Source of the DNA: Bryobacteraceae bacterium
GTDB lineage: Bacteria > Acidobacteriota > Terriglobia > Bryobacterales > Bryobacteraceae
Reading direction: 5' to 3'
DNA: 64,000 bases
Assembly (NCBI GenBank): GCA_051000095.1
Contig: JBPCOQ010000128.1
Location: 53,075-117,074 of the forward strand
The position numbers and the translations under genes are program-made. This document shows, piece by piece, positions 44,078 to 55,000 of this stretch. Numbering within the stretch: the first letter of the stretch is position 1; every line of letters begins with the position of its first letter. Below the pieces are notes generated by a model. The model saw only the letters and a list, made by a program, of their open reading frames with translations, was not told the origin of the DNA and ran no database searches.

Positions 44078-45208
44078 TCAGCTCGGGAACTTGTACATCG
44101 CCTTTGCAATCGGAACACCCGCTACCTCGATGCGGCTGAGGTCGCTGGTCCCCACACCCAGCGATTCCGCCAAGGTCAGAGTGTTGTCGCACATCGTGAA
44201 GGGAGCTGTGCCGCGGGCGGCGCGCGGGTTGTAGCCCATCACCGCGGTTGCCACGGTGTCGGCATTGACGGCATTTGTTCCGAGGATCAGGACCCCCGGT
44301 TTCACCGCGGTGATGTCTTTGACCCATGGCCCTTCGCCTCCGGCCATGGTCTCGATTCCGTCGATGAAGGCGATATCGATGGGACGCGCCGCGGCGAGGT
44401 CCGCCACAATCCGCGGCATGCGATAGCCCGGATCCCGGTTTGACTGGGGATCGTTCTCCTGAGGAGCGGTCTTGGATGGCCCGCGCTTGCCTGCGTGGCA
44501 AACCTCGCCGCGGCCCTTCGCCGGGTTTTCGTTGGGTCCGTCAATCCCCGCATCGTCGCCATAGATCGAAGCCGGCGTGATACCGAAGCAGTTCTTCATC
44601 GAGAGCGTTACGCCGCACGTCGCGTGATTCTTCAGCTTGGCCATCGACATGAAGACGTCCGTGTCCTCGTACGAGTGGTTCACGTCGAAGCCGGGGTAAA
44701 TAATTCCGCCGTTCCTGTTCTTCAGGCGCGAGTAACGCTTGCCCTGTCCGATTGCGTTCGTATTCTCGAACTCCAGTTTCGACGACACACGTTGCAGAGC
44801 GCGCACATTCCACCCGGAATCGAGCATGTACTCTTCGAGCGGCCCCGGCGTTCCCCAACAACTTTCGACCAGCCGGATCCGCTTCGCGCCCGCCGCATCG
44901 AGCAGGTGCACCACCGGCATCAGCGTTTTCGGATGGGTGTAGTGAGTGGAGCCGAGCGGCAGGCCCTGGAATCGCAGTCCCGGACTACCGGTGAGGTTGA
45001 GCTTGATGGTTACAGTCTTGTTCTTAACGATACGGCCCAGGCCGCCGGTCTGGTCGAACATGGTGGAGAGCACGGCCGCCAGGTCCCCATCATAAGAAGC
45101 GCACTTCGCAATCGAAACTGTGGTGGCGGGCGCTGATGCCGCGCGGAGCCGGGTGATTCCGGCAACAGAAGCGGCAGCAGCCAGAGAAAGCATTTCGCGG
45201 CGGGTCAT
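44078..45208 (-). CDS. Tat-exported DUF362 domain protein
   Basis: Twin-arginine-like MTRREMLSLAAAASVAG and a DUF362-like body (VTIKLNLTG...). Confidence 0.55.
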   Translation of the reverse strand: MTRREMLSLAAAASVAGITRLRAASAPATTVSIAKCASYDGDLAAVLSTMFDQTGGLGRIVKNKTVTIKLNLTGSPGLRFQGLPLGSTHYTHPKTLMPVVHLLDAAGAKRIRLVESCWGTPGPLEEYMLDSGWNVRALQRVSSKLEFENTNAIGQGKRYSRLKNRNGGIIYPGFDVNHSYEDTDVFMSMAKLKNHATCGVTLSMKNCFGITPASIYGDDAGIDGPNENPAKGRGEVCHAGKRGPSKTAPQENDPQSNRDPGYRMPRIVADLAAARPIDIAFIDGIETMAGGEGPWVKDITAVKPGVLILGTNAVNADTVATAVMGYNPRAARGTAPFTMCDNTLTLAESLGVGTSDLSRIEVAGVPIAKAMYKFPS

Positions 45209-45231
45209 CGTTTTAGTTTATCTTCTATCGT

Positions 45232-45987
45232 ATGCTCTCCGTTCTGTTAATGCAGACTGCCCTGGGTCTGGCGCAGGCGCAAGATCCTCTTGCGACCGTG
45301 TCGCCCGCCGGCATCGAACACGGCCAGCGCCTGTTCCGCCGTAACTGCGCTGTGTGCCATGGATTTGATGGGACTGGCGGCACCGGGCCGTCGCTCGCGC
45401 GCGCCAAGTTCCATCGAGCCGCCGACAACCAGGAACTGATCGACCTGATCACCAAAGGCATTGCCGATCGAGGCATGCCGCCGTCCTGGCATCTGCTGCC
45501 GAATGGCCCCCGGCAGGTAGCTGCCTATGTCCGCACGCTGGGTCGTGTGGCCGAGGCACCCGTCACCGGGAACATCAAGCATGGACGCGCTCTCTTCCGG
45601 AGTGCCGGATGCACGGGCTGTCACATCGCTCGGGGAGAGGGCACGGGGCTCGGTCCCGAGTTGACGGACATCGGCCTGCGGCGGACCGCGGCCGTGTTGC
45701 GCAAAACAATCCTGCAGCCAGAGAGCACCATCCCGCAGGGTTTCATGATGCTGCGGGTTCAACCCAAGGGCGCGCCGGGGATAGTTGGCATTCGTGTGAA
45801 CGAGGATAGCTTCACGATCCAGTTGAAGGACGAGCGCGGGCAGTTCCATTCGTTTGAGAAGGCGAACTTGATCAAGATCGAAAGGCAACCTGGCAAGACA
45901 TTCATGCCAGCTTACGCAACGTCGCTGGCAGCGGCGGATGTCGGTGACCTTGTCGCATTTTTGGCAAGCCTGCGGGGCGCGCAATGA
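45232..45987 (+). CDS. Dihaem c-type cytochrome
   Basis: Two CxxCH motifs (CAVCH, CTGCH) and a signal-like N-terminus. Confidence 0.78.
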   Translation: MLSVLLMQTALGLAQAQDPLATVSPAGIEHGQRLFRRNCAVCHGFDGTGGTGPSLARAKFHRAADNQELIDLITKGIADRGMPPSWHLLPNGPRQVAAYVRTLGRVAEAPVTGNIKHGRALFRSAGCTGCHIARGEGTGLGPELTDIGLRRTAAVLRKTILQPESTIPQGFMMLRVQPKGAPGIVGIRVNEDSFTIQLKDERGQFHSFEKANLIKIERQPGKTFMPAYATSLAAADVGDLVAFLASLRGAQ

Positions 45988-47564
45988 AGCGGCTGCTTTT
46001 GCTTGGGTGTGTGGTTGCTTGTTGTGGTGTCGCGCAGGTCCGCTATGCAGCGCTGGTCGATCCGGCCAAAGCGCCCGGCGATTGGTTGACCTACTCGGGC
46101 AATTACGCAGCGCACCGGTTTTCACCTTTGGCCCAGATCACGCCTGCCAACATCGGCAACCTGCGCGTCAAGTGGATTCATCAACTGAGCGGGCCCGCGG
46201 AATTCGAAACGTCGCCGGTGGTCGCGGGCGGAGTGATGTACATCACGGAGCCGCCATCGAATGTCACCGCATTGGACCTGCGGACCGGCCGGCCTCTGTG
46301 GCAATGGGAGCGCGCCATGCCGAAGGACCTGCAGACCATCGGCTTCGGCCGGGTGAATCGCGGTGTGGCCATACTCGGCGACATGGTGTACGTGGGAACG
46401 CTGGATGCCCACTTGATTGCGCTCGACGCGAAATCCGGCGCCGTTCGCTGGGACTCGGTCGTGGCCGATTACAAAAGCGGTCACTGCATTACCTCCGCGC
46501 CGCTCGCCCTGAAGGATCGCATCATTACCGGCATTAGCGGTGGCGAGGCCGGCATTCGCGGCTTTGTGGATGCGTACGACGCGAAGACCGGCAAACGGAT
46601 CTGGCGCTTTTGGACTGTTCCAGCCGCGGGCCAGCCGGGCAATTATTCCTGGGTGGGCGATTCCTGGAAGACCGGCGGCGGTTCCACCTGGGTTACCGGG
46701 TCTTACGATCCCGCGCTCGATCTCGTGTATTGGGGCGTTGGCAATCCGGGCCCGGATTGGAATGGCGACAGCCGCTCGGGCGACAACCTCTATACGTGCT
46801 CGCTGGTGGCGCTGGATGCGACATCGGGCAAGCTACGCTGGCATTTTCAATTCACGCCGCACGACACGCACGATTGGGACGCAACGGAGATTCCGGTATT
46901 GATCGACACGATGATTCGAGGCCGTCAGCGAAAAGTGGTGGCCATGGCCAATCGCAACGCGTTCTATTATGTCCTGGACCGGACCTCGGGCGAGTATCTC
47001 GCCAGCGCAGCCTACGCGAAGCAAACCTGGGCGAAGGGACTGGATGACCGGGGCCGCCCCGAGATGATTCAAGGCAAGGAGCCCAGTGAGGAAGGAACCC
47101 TGGTCTGGCCCAGCCTGCAGGGCGCGACGAACTGGTTTAGCCCGTCCTACCATCCGGGACTGAATCTGTTTTATGTCTCGGTCCGGGAAATGGGCTCGTA
47201 TTTTTTCAAGTCCGAGGCCGAATATCAACCCGGAACCTTTTTTGCCGGTGGAGGTGAACGGACGCTGCCGCCGGATCGGAACTCTGGCGCCGTACGCGCG
47301 CTGGACGCCGCGACCGGCAAGCTGAAATGGGAGTTCCCCCTGCAATCGCCGCCCTGGGCGGGCGTGATGGCTACGGCCGGCGGACTGGTATTCGGCGGCT
47401 CCCAAGAGGGCAACTTCTACGCGCTGGATGCAGTCACCGGCAAAGCGCTGTGGCAAATCCAGACGGGAGGACCGATCGGCGCCAATCCGGTAGGATTCCT
47501 GGTCGACGGAAAAGAGCACGTCGCGATCGCGGCGGGGCATTCGATGATGGTGTTCGGGCTGTGA
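45984..47564 (+). CDS. PQQ-dependent dehydrogenase (quinoprotein, 8-bladed propeller)
   Basis: GDWLTYSGNYAAHRFSPLAQI...NLRVKW, repeated W-motifs, DTHDWD, and an ATGA overlap with the cytochrome gene. Confidence 0.8.
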   Translation: MKRLLLLGCVVACCGVAQVRYAALVDPAKAPGDWLTYSGNYAAHRFSPLAQITPANIGNLRVKWIHQLSGPAEFETSPVVAGGVMYITEPPSNVTALDLRTGRPLWQWERAMPKDLQTIGFGRVNRGVAILGDMVYVGTLDAHLIALDAKSGAVRWDSVVADYKSGHCITSAPLALKDRIITGISGGEAGIRGFVDAYDAKTGKRIWRFWTVPAAGQPGNYSWVGDSWKTGGGSTWVTGSYDPALDLVYWGVGNPGPDWNGDSRSGDNLYTCSLVALDATSGKLRWHFQFTPHDTHDWDATEIPVLIDTMIRGRQRKVVAMANRNAFYYVLDRTSGEYLASAAYAKQTWAKGLDDRGRPEMIQGKEPSEEGTLVWPSLQGATNWFSPSYHPGLNLFYVSVREMGSYFFKSEAEYQPGTFFAGGGERTLPPDRNSGAVRALDAATGKLKWEFPLQSPPWAGVMATAGGLVFGGSQEGNFYALDAVTGKALWQIQTGGPIGANPVGFLVDGKEHVAIAAGHSMMVFGL

Positions 47565-47571
47565 GGGGATA

Positions 47572-47997
47572 TCACGGCTGTCCGGCCTTCTTCTCCTGGG
47601 CTCGAGCGTCCAGCTTGCGTTGCAGTTCTTCCCACTGCTCGGCTTTCAACACGGTCCTCAGCTTCAGGCTCATTTGGGAGAGCGTCCGGGTCAGGTCGCC
47701 TCGCGCTGAGGCGAACCGGTCGATGGCGTCATTGGCCTTCCGGGTGTCTACGGAGCTCTGGTTGAACTCAGCCTCCAGATCCGATTCCGCCCGCTCCAGG
47801 CTGGCGCGCAACTCCAGAAGCCGGGGCCGGTAGTCTTTGATGGTTAGACGAATCTGCTTTCGTTGCTCGTCGGACAGCTTCAGGTCCTGCGCGATCGGGC
47901 TGCTCCACCAGGCAAAGGTGGGCCTCGGAAGTTGAGCCAAGCCGACCGGGGAGGAGGCCAGCGCTCCGATAACGGCAACAATAACCGCTCGTCGCAT
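47572..47997 (-). CDS. Periplasmic Spy/CpxP-like (LTxxQ) protein
   Basis: Signal peptide, LKLSDEQRKQI (LxxxQ repeat) and a helical heptad-like sequence. Confidence 0.55.
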   Translation of the reverse strand: MRRAVIVAVIGALASSPVGLAQLPRPTFAWWSSPIAQDLKLSDEQRKQIRLTIKDYRPRLLELRASLERAESDLEAEFNQSSVDTRKANDAIDRFASARGDLTRTLSQMSLKLRTVLKAEQWEELQRKLDARAQEKKAGQP

Positions 47998-47999
47998 CT

Positions 48000-48428
48000 C
48001 TATTCCTGAAATAGATTATGAATGGGCCGAATCGCTCTGGGCTCGCTGGACTGCTCGATCGACGCCAAGTCTGAGAACAGCTTCGCGTCTGAGCTCGTAT
48101 ACAAGGCAGGGCTCGTATATAAGGCGGGATCTTTTCCCGCCCATGGCCGCAGCAGTGTCAAGCTGAGCGCGATGATGCAGACCAGGCTTGCAAAGGCTAC
48201 CGCCCAACGTTTCGCCATCCCGCCCTTCGCTCCAAGCTGCTGGTAAATGCTCCGCCGCTGCGCCGCCAGAAACTCCCAGGAAACCTCCGGCGCGGCAGTA
48301 GCTGTCCGTCGCGTCTCACTGATCCGCTCCGCCTGCGCGCGGCATTCGTGGCATTCATCCAGATGCTTCGCGTCGCCTTCTCCAGTGTAAAGCCAATTTA
48401 GGAATTCGTCTTCTGTCCAGTGCTTCAT
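48000..48428 (-). CDS. Anti-sigma factor (zf-HC2) with one TM segment
   Basis: HLDECHEC (H-x3-C-x2-C), a central TM segment WAVAFASLVCIIALSL, and an ATGA overlap with the sigma gene. Confidence 0.55.
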   Translation of the reverse strand: MKHWTEDEFLNWLYTGEGDAKHLDECHECRAQAERISETRRTATAAPEVSWEFLAAQRRSIYQQLGAKGGMAKRWAVAFASLVCIIALSLTLLRPWAGKDPALYTSPALYTSSDAKLFSDLASIEQSSEPRAIRPIHNLFQE

Positions 48429-49021
48429 TTCGTTGTCCGTTCGCGGAAGTACAGGTCCCGCAAGTCTTCCCTCAATTTTTCAATGGCGCGAAACAGGTGT
48501 GCCTTCACTGTTCCCACATCCAGCTCCAGAATCTCGGCAATCTCCGCCAGACTCAGATCCTCATAATGCCTCAGAGTGAACACCGAGCGTTGCCGCGCGC
48601 TCAACTTGTCCAGCGCCTTTGAGAGCCGCCGGTCAATTTCGGATGCAAACACCTGGTCCTCGGCGCTGGGCCGTGGGGACTTCGTAAACTCCAGTATGGT
48701 CGCTTCGTCTTCCGAATTCGGACGTTTGCGCCAGAACTGCCATCGCCGGGAGCGCAGCTTATCCAGGCAGGTGTTGATCGCGATTCGTGTTAGCCACTTC
48801 CCTGGATCGTCCACCTCTAGCGCTTCCTGGCGAGTCGATGCCTGCCACGCTTTGAGGAAGGTATCCTGGGTTGCGGAATCCGCCTCGCCGGCATCCTGCA
48901 ACATCCTCTGGCAGATCAGGAAAATGCGCTTCTGCTCGGACGCCATCCAGGAACCGAACTCCCGCGTGCCGGCGCTCTTATCCACCACCGCTTCCAGGCT
49001 CCCAGCCATGAGGCCCATCAT
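48425..49021 (-). CDS. ECF (sigma-70 family) RNA polymerase sigma factor
   Basis: Region 2 (DTFLKAW...) and region 4 (LSARQRSVFTLRHYEDLSLAEIAEILELDVGTVKAHLFRA). Confidence 0.85.
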   Translation of the reverse strand: MMGLMAGSLEAVVDKSAGTREFGSWMASEQKRIFLICQRMLQDAGEADSATQDTFLKAWQASTRQEALEVDDPGKWLTRIAINTCLDKLRSRRWQFWRKRPNSEDEATILEFTKSPRPSAEDQVFASEIDRRLSKALDKLSARQRSVFTLRHYEDLSLAEIAEILELDVGTVKAHLFRAIEKLREDLRDLYFRERTTK

Positions 49022-49112
49022 ACTCTGAGGACGGCCTTTCGCGAGAAAAGTTGACGCCCTAAACCGTCTTTTGACTTGACCTTAGTATGAATCTGGAATC
49101 ATACTTGGAAGT

Positions 49113-49309
49113 ATGAGAATTGGCGAGCGTGGCCAAGTGACGATTCCGAGACGGAAGTCGAGTTCCGGGTGATTGGCGGATTGATCGTGCTCAAGAAAGC
49201 GCCCAGGAAACTGAACCTCGAGAAATGGAAAGGCCGTTGCGGCGATACGTTCGCCAAGCTAGACTACTTCTCCGTGGACAAGTTCATTGACGACGTGCGT
49301 GGACGATGA
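49113..49309 (+). pseudogene. Decayed AbrB/SpoVT-type (VapB-like) antitoxin
   Basis: MRIGERGQVTIPR then out of frame. The other frame resumes with TEVEFRVIGGLIVLKKAPRK...VDKFIDDVRGR*, so an internal deletion with a frameshift is inferred. Confidence 0.6.
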
Positions 49310-49538
49310 GCACTGCCATACACTGGTGATCAGCGATATCGTCTACGCGGAACTGTGCATTCACTTCAAGACCCAGCGCGAATGCGACGAGATCCGCGCG
49401 CAGGCATTGGCGCGCGAAGCGCATTTCCTCGCAAGCCGCGCGTGGCGGACATATCGCCAAGCCGCACGCCTGCTCTCGCGGGATCGGGGTTTCTACCGCA
49501 AGCTGTTTCCATCGCTTGACCTTCGCGACCCAACCTAA
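49306..49538 (+). pseudogene. Decayed PIN-domain (VapC-like) toxin
   Basis: The ATGA-coupled MSTAIHW* stops after 7 codons. The downstream frame has VISDIVYAELCIHF...FLASRAWRTYRQ...LLSRDRGFYRKLFPSLDL, which are PIN C-terminal fragments with internal deletions. Confidence 0.55.
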
Positions 49539-49566
49539 TTACACGCATCCGCCGTGTCGCGCCGAG

Positions 49567-49595
49567 TGGCACAGGCATTCCTGCCTGTGTTGCAC
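49567..49595 (+). repeat. Type A REP-like hairpin (consensus copy)
   Basis: gtggcacaggcattcctgcctgtgttgcac. Confidence 0.7.
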
Positions 49596-49693
49596 TTAGA
49601 CGAGGACCCCAATGCTTTCAATCCGGCCTTGCCCGGCGGGCCGGGGGCAAAAGAACACTCTTGTCGACTCTTGTGCTTCAACTCGGTTGAGAA

Positions 49694-51100
49694 ATGCAGC
49701 CTAATCTCCGCAGACCCCTTTCGCACAATACCCGGCTGTTACTGCTGGCAGGCTTTGGTGGCTTGCTCCTGCTCATGGCGTTTGCAGGCCTGGACGCGAT
49801 GCGCGTGCTCCGAACCATCCAGAATCGCAACGACGCGATCCGTCGCGAGTTCCTGGCGCGAAACCGCTTCCTAAATCAGATCCGGTCCGACCTGTACCTG
49901 TCCGGGACCTACGTTCGCGATTACCTGTTAGAGCCGGAGATGGAGAAAGCGGAATCGCACCGCACCAGCTTGGAAAACGCGCGCCGGGATATGGAATCGG
50001 CTTTGCAGTCCTACGCGACCCTGAAGAATATCAATCAAAGAAAGCCCTTCGGCACTCTCGAGGAAGAGTTGACTCAATACTGGCGCGTTCTACAGCCTGT
50101 AATGCTTTGGGACGCGCGCGAACGGCAGGCACGTGGTTACGCTTTCCTTCGGGATGAAGTGTATCCGAGGCGGACCGCGATGCTCAACCTTGCCGACGAA
50201 ATCGGTGAAGTCAACGAACACCAGTTGAATGCCGGTGATATTCAAGTTGCCGATCTGTTCTCGGGTTTTCGGATTCGTCTGAGTCTCACTCTGCTTGTAA
50301 CGTTGGGCCTCGGCGCAATTCTCGCCGGTTTCAGCATGGTCAGGGTACTTCATTTGGAACAGGAATCGGCTGCACGCTTTGAGGAGACCGCACAAGCGCG
50401 TCATGAGTTGAAGGCGCTATCGGCGCGCTTAGTTGAAACACAGGAGAGCGAGCGCCGGGCGGTGTCACGTGAATTGCACGATGAAGTGGGCCAGTCGCTT
50501 TCAGCTCTTCTCGTAGGGTTAAGTAACTTAGCGGCCGCCATTCCCGCTGCTCACGTATCGGAACTCGAGGGACAGGTCGCGAATCTCCGTAAGCTCGCCG
50601 AATCCTCCGTGGGCGTGGTGCGTAATATGACTCTTCTACTTCGTCCGTCCATGCTCGACGATTTGGGCCTTGTGCCGGCGCTTCAATGGCAGGCTCGGGA
50701 GATTTCGAAGAGGAGCGGCATGATCGTCAACTTCGCGGCGGAAGGCGTAGCCGATGAGCTTCCGGACGAATACAAAACGGCAATTTATCGAGTGATGCAA
50801 GAGGCGCTACACAATTGCGAGAAGCATTCAAATGCGAAAGTCGCGCGCGTGACCGTCCGGCAACAACGCTATGCCTTGTCGATGTCCATCCAGGATGACG
50901 GTTGCGGCTTCGGCCCGCTCATTGAAAAAGGGCTGGGGTTACGCGGGATGCAAGAGCGCATTGAGAACCTTGGAGGAAATTTCAGCGTGGATTCGGAAGC
51001 CGGCCGCGGGACACTGATTATGGTGATGCTGCCGTTCGACGGCGGCACACATCGACAGGCGGAGAACGGTTATGAACGAGATCAGGATTCTGCTCGCTGA
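49694..51100 (+). CDS. Sensor histidine kinase (HisKA_3/NarX-LiaS type)
   Basis: Two TM segments flank a ~170-aa periplasmic region. H-box LHDEVGQSLSAL and a HATPase_c domain (DDGCGF...GLRGMQERI). Confidence 0.85.
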   Translation: MQPNLRRPLSHNTRLLLLAGFGGLLLLMAFAGLDAMRVLRTIQNRNDAIRREFLARNRFLNQIRSDLYLSGTYVRDYLLEPEMEKAESHRTSLENARRDMESALQSYATLKNINQRKPFGTLEEELTQYWRVLQPVMLWDARERQARGYAFLRDEVYPRRTAMLNLADEIGEVNEHQLNAGDIQVADLFSGFRIRLSLTLLVTLGLGAILAGFSMVRVLHLEQESAARFEETAQARHELKALSARLVETQESERRAVSRELHDEVGQSLSALLVGLSNLAAAIPAAHVSELEGQVANLRKLAESSVGVVRNMTLLLRPSMLDDLGLVPALQWQAREISKRSGMIVNFAAEGVADELPDEYKTAIYRVMQEALHNCEKHSNAKVARVTVRQQRYALSMSIQDDGCGFGPLIEKGLGLRGMQERIENLGGNFSVDSEAGRGTLIMVMLPFDGGTHRQAENGYERDQDSAR

Positions 51101-51722
51101 CGATCACACGGTCATGCGATCCGGTTTGCGAGTACTTCTGGAGCGGCAACCGGGCTTCCTGGTAGTTGCCGAAGCAGCGGATGGCCGCGAGGCCGTTGAA
51201 ATGGCGGAGTCGCATGCTCCCGATGTGGCAGTGGTGGATGTCGCCATGCCGAAACTGAATGGAATTGATGCCGTTCGTCAGATCACAGCGAAGCTGCCCA
51301 AGATTGCCGTTGTCATCCTCAGCATGCATTCGGACGAGAGCTATGTATTGCGAGCCCTCAAGGCCGGCGCGCGGGCTTATCTGCTTAAGGACGCCCCTGA
51401 AACGGACCTCATCGGCGCAATCCGTGCCGTGCACGAAGGCAAGGCTTTCTTTAGCCCCGCGATCAGTAAGATGCTTGCCGAGGACTATCTACGGAATCTG
51501 CAGCAGCGCGGCGGCGAGGACAGCTATGAGCTGCTGACCGGTCGTGAACGCGAAGTCTTGCAGCTATTGGCGGAAGGACGGTCCAATAAAGAAGTTGCGA
51601 GCGTTCTCAATCTGAGTCTCTATACCGTCGAAACGCATCGCTCCAATATTCTTCAGAAACTGAACTTGCGCGGAACTCCTGAGTTGATCCTGTACGCCGT
51701 ACGAAAAGGCGTAATCTCCTAA
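51072..51722 (+). CDS. NarL/FixJ-family response regulator
   Basis: REC (ILLADDH...VVDVAMP) plus a LuxR-type HTH (LTGREREVLQLLAEGRSNKEVA). It overlaps the kinase gene by 29 nt. Confidence 0.88.
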   Translation: MNEIRILLADDHTVMRSGLRVLLERQPGFLVVAEAADGREAVEMAESHAPDVAVVDVAMPKLNGIDAVRQITAKLPKIAVVILSMHSDESYVLRALKAGARAYLLKDAPETDLIGAIRAVHEGKAFFSPAISKMLAEDYLRNLQQRGGEDSYELLTGREREVLQLLAEGRSNKEVASVLNLSLYTVETHRSNILQKLNLRGTPELILYAVRKGVIS

Positions 51723-51738
51723 GAGTGTTATGGATTTT

Positions 51739-51760
51739 GTGGGGCAGCTTGGCAAGCTGC
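51739..51760 (+). repeat. REP-like hairpin variant
   Basis: gtggggcagcttggcaagctgc, 17 nt after the response regulator stop. Confidence 0.5.
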
Positions 51761-52027
51761 GCGCCGATGTCATCCGCGCAGTGGCCTCCCGGAATCGCGG
51801 AAACGCTGTATTCCAGTCCTTTGTTGGGTCGGCTCGAGAACCGGCTGCAAACATAAGTGCCATAAAATGTCGTGTTTGAGCGCTCATACGAAAAACTAAG
51901 TGATATTAGCTTCTGCCCGCCCTCTATAACGGTCCTAACGTGGTGTTATGCTTTTAGGAACGCGTCAGCAAGCGGCTAGCGGCGGCAACAAGCAAGCTTT
52001 GACAAGTCACAACTGAGTAGGAGGCAT

Positions 52028-55000
52028 ATGAGAACTGTGATCGCAAAATTAACTGTGTCGATGGTTGTGTTCGCACTCGCCTTTTTTCCGCAAACCTTAA
52101 AAGCGCAGTCCGGACGAATTACAGGTCAGGTACTGGACGCATCGCAAGCAGCCGTGCCCGGAGCGGCTATCACTCTCGAAAATCCGGTGAACTCCGACCG
52201 GCGGCAGCTCGTCACCGATAATGCCGGACGATACACTTTCGTGGATCTTCCCGTCGGAAACTATAATGTGCGCGCCGAGAAGGCCGGCTTTCAAACCCAG
52301 ATCAGACAGAGCGTCGCAGTCAACGTGGGGGCATCCGTCCCAGTCGATTTTTCGCTGCCCACCGGCCAGTTATCGGAGCAGGTGCAAGTGGTGGCCGAGG
52401 CCAGCGTCTTGCAAACCGAAGGCGCCAACACTGGCGGAGTAATGGAGAATCGCCAGCTTACCGAACTCCCCATCAACGGACGCGACTATGCGCGCTTCAG
52501 CCTGCTGATGCCAGGCGCCATCGCCCGCAGTAATTTCATCGCCGACCTGGCTTTCAACGGACTGCACACCGTGCACAACCAGTTCTCCATCGATGGAGTG
52601 GACGCCACGCGCGTCGATCAGCCCTATATGTCGAACGGTTACGAACGGGGAGCCCGGTTACTGACCGGCAGCCTGGATACGATCGCCGAATTCCGGGTGC
52701 AGACCAGCGACTATCAAGCTGAGTACGGCCGCTCGGCGGGATCGAATATCAATATTGTGAGCAAATCCGGCGGGAATGTCTTTCACGGCACGCTGTTCGA
52801 ATTCTTCCGGAACAGCGCGCTGGATGCAAAGAACTACTTTGCTCCGAAGACCTTTAAGCCGCCATTCCGTTTCAACGATTTTGGCGGCAATATAGGCGGT
52901 CCGCTCAGAAAGGAAAAGACCTTTTTCTTCGCCAACTATGAAGGCTCCCGGCAGCGCATCGGTATCTCGGGCGCGGGCACGGTTCCGAGCGCCAAGCTGA
53001 GGCAACTGGTGCTCCAGACCTCGCCGGTGCTCGCTCCCATCCTGGCCTTGTATCCGGTTGGAACATCTCCCACCGCCGCCAGCGACCTGGTCGACAACTA
53101 CGTGACGGCTAAAACATCGCAAGTGCGCGAGGATACCGGGAGCGTCAAAATCGATCAGCGTTTCTCGGATAGTGACACTGTTTTCGTGCGTGTGAACGTG
53201 AACGACACCCACACCTTTGGTCCCCTGTTCGGCGTGACGCCTTCGGCGCTTGGTAATCTCGATTTTCAGAATGTCCCGATCCGCACCAGTAACGTCGCAA
53301 TCCACGAGCAACGTTTGTGGAGTCCAACCGTTATTAGCGAGTTTCTGATTGGAGCCCAGCGCTGGGGTAGCCACATTATTTCGAACGAGCCATATCCACT
53401 CGTATCTATCACCGGCCTGACAACCGTGACCGGCGATCGCGGACGCAGCATTCAGAACGCTACCAGCTACCAAGCGGGGGGGAACACGACAATTGTGCGC
53501 GGCGCTCACGCCATAAAGTTCGGCGCCACGCTCTACGATATCTGGGTCTCTCGCTTGTCCAAGAACACCTCGAACCTGATGTATACCTCTCTTCAGAACT
53601 TTATCGACAACTCGGTCGCGGCCGCGAATTTCAATGTTGGCGATCCCGGGCATACCACGCGCGCCGATCAGATCGGTGTGTTTCTGCAGGACACTTACAA
53701 GATAAAAGAGACCCTGACAATCGATTACGGCCTGCGTTACGACTATGAGACCGTGCCGCACGATAAACACAACGCCACGCAGACCTACGACGAGCGGATC
53801 GGCATGCTTGGGCCGCCGGGGACACAGTATTTCCGCGCCAATAAAAACGATTGGGGACCTCGCCTGGGAATCGCCTGGCAGCCTACCAAGCGGATGGTGG
53901 TGCGCGCCGGGGGCGGCATCTTCTTTCAGTCGTATCCGGTTGGTTTCGGATCTTATACCATTCCAACCAATAACATTCCCGGCAATACAGCGCTTCTGCA
54001 GAAGACTATTCCCACGTTGTCCTATCCCATCGTGAATTTCCTCTCCCTGGGAACCGCGCCCTTACCGTCGGTGGCGGGGTTCGATTGGATTCGACGCGAC
54101 ATTTACACTGAGCAATGGAACTTCAGCGTCGCTCGGGAGCTTGCGCCGGGCACCGCGTTGCAGGTAGCGTATATCGGCAACCGCGGGCTGAATCTTCGCC
54201 GCGGCTATACGATTAACTTCTTCGATCCCGCGCTGGGGCGGCGTCCCAATCCGCTTTACTCCAATATCTCGATCGAGGGCAACACTGGCCAATCCACTTA
54301 CAACGCGCTGCAAGTCTCTTTTCATCAACGGCTGAAGAGCGGACTGGTGGTGCAAGCCGAATACGGCTGGGCACATGGCATCGACGACGTGCAAGACCAG
54401 GGCCTGTTTGGCAGCCAGCCGCAGGACGACAACAATTTTAAAGCCGAGCGTGGAAATAGTTCCGGGGATATTCGGCACAACCTGGCTTATAGCTTGCTGT
54501 ACACCATACCCATGGGATCCGGGCATTCGTTCCTGGGCAACTGGAAAGGCGTCCCCGGGAGTCTGGTGAGCGGGTGGACTATCGCATCGTTGGGCGTGAT
54601 CCATACCGGCATACCGTTTACGGTATTCATCGGCACCAACCCTTTCGGCAATGGCAATTTCACCAACCAGCGCCCGAATGCCGTCCGCGGAGCCGATCCG
54701 TATGCGGCCACCAAGGGCGTCACCGGATGGTTGAATCCGGCGGCCTTTACCCTGCCCGCCTCCGGGACGTTCGGGAATCTGGGACGCAACACGGTGTATG
54801 GACCTGATTTCGCAAACGTCGACTTCTCGCTATTGAAGAGCACGAAGTTCAGCGAGAGCAAGGACCTCGAATTCCGCGCGGAATTCTTCAACATTCCGAA
54901 CCATCCGAACTTCGCGCAACCGAGCTCGACGTTCGGAACAGCCAGCTTCGGCCAGATCTTCCAGACTTTCGGCGCCACTTTGGGCCTCGGTACTCCGCGC

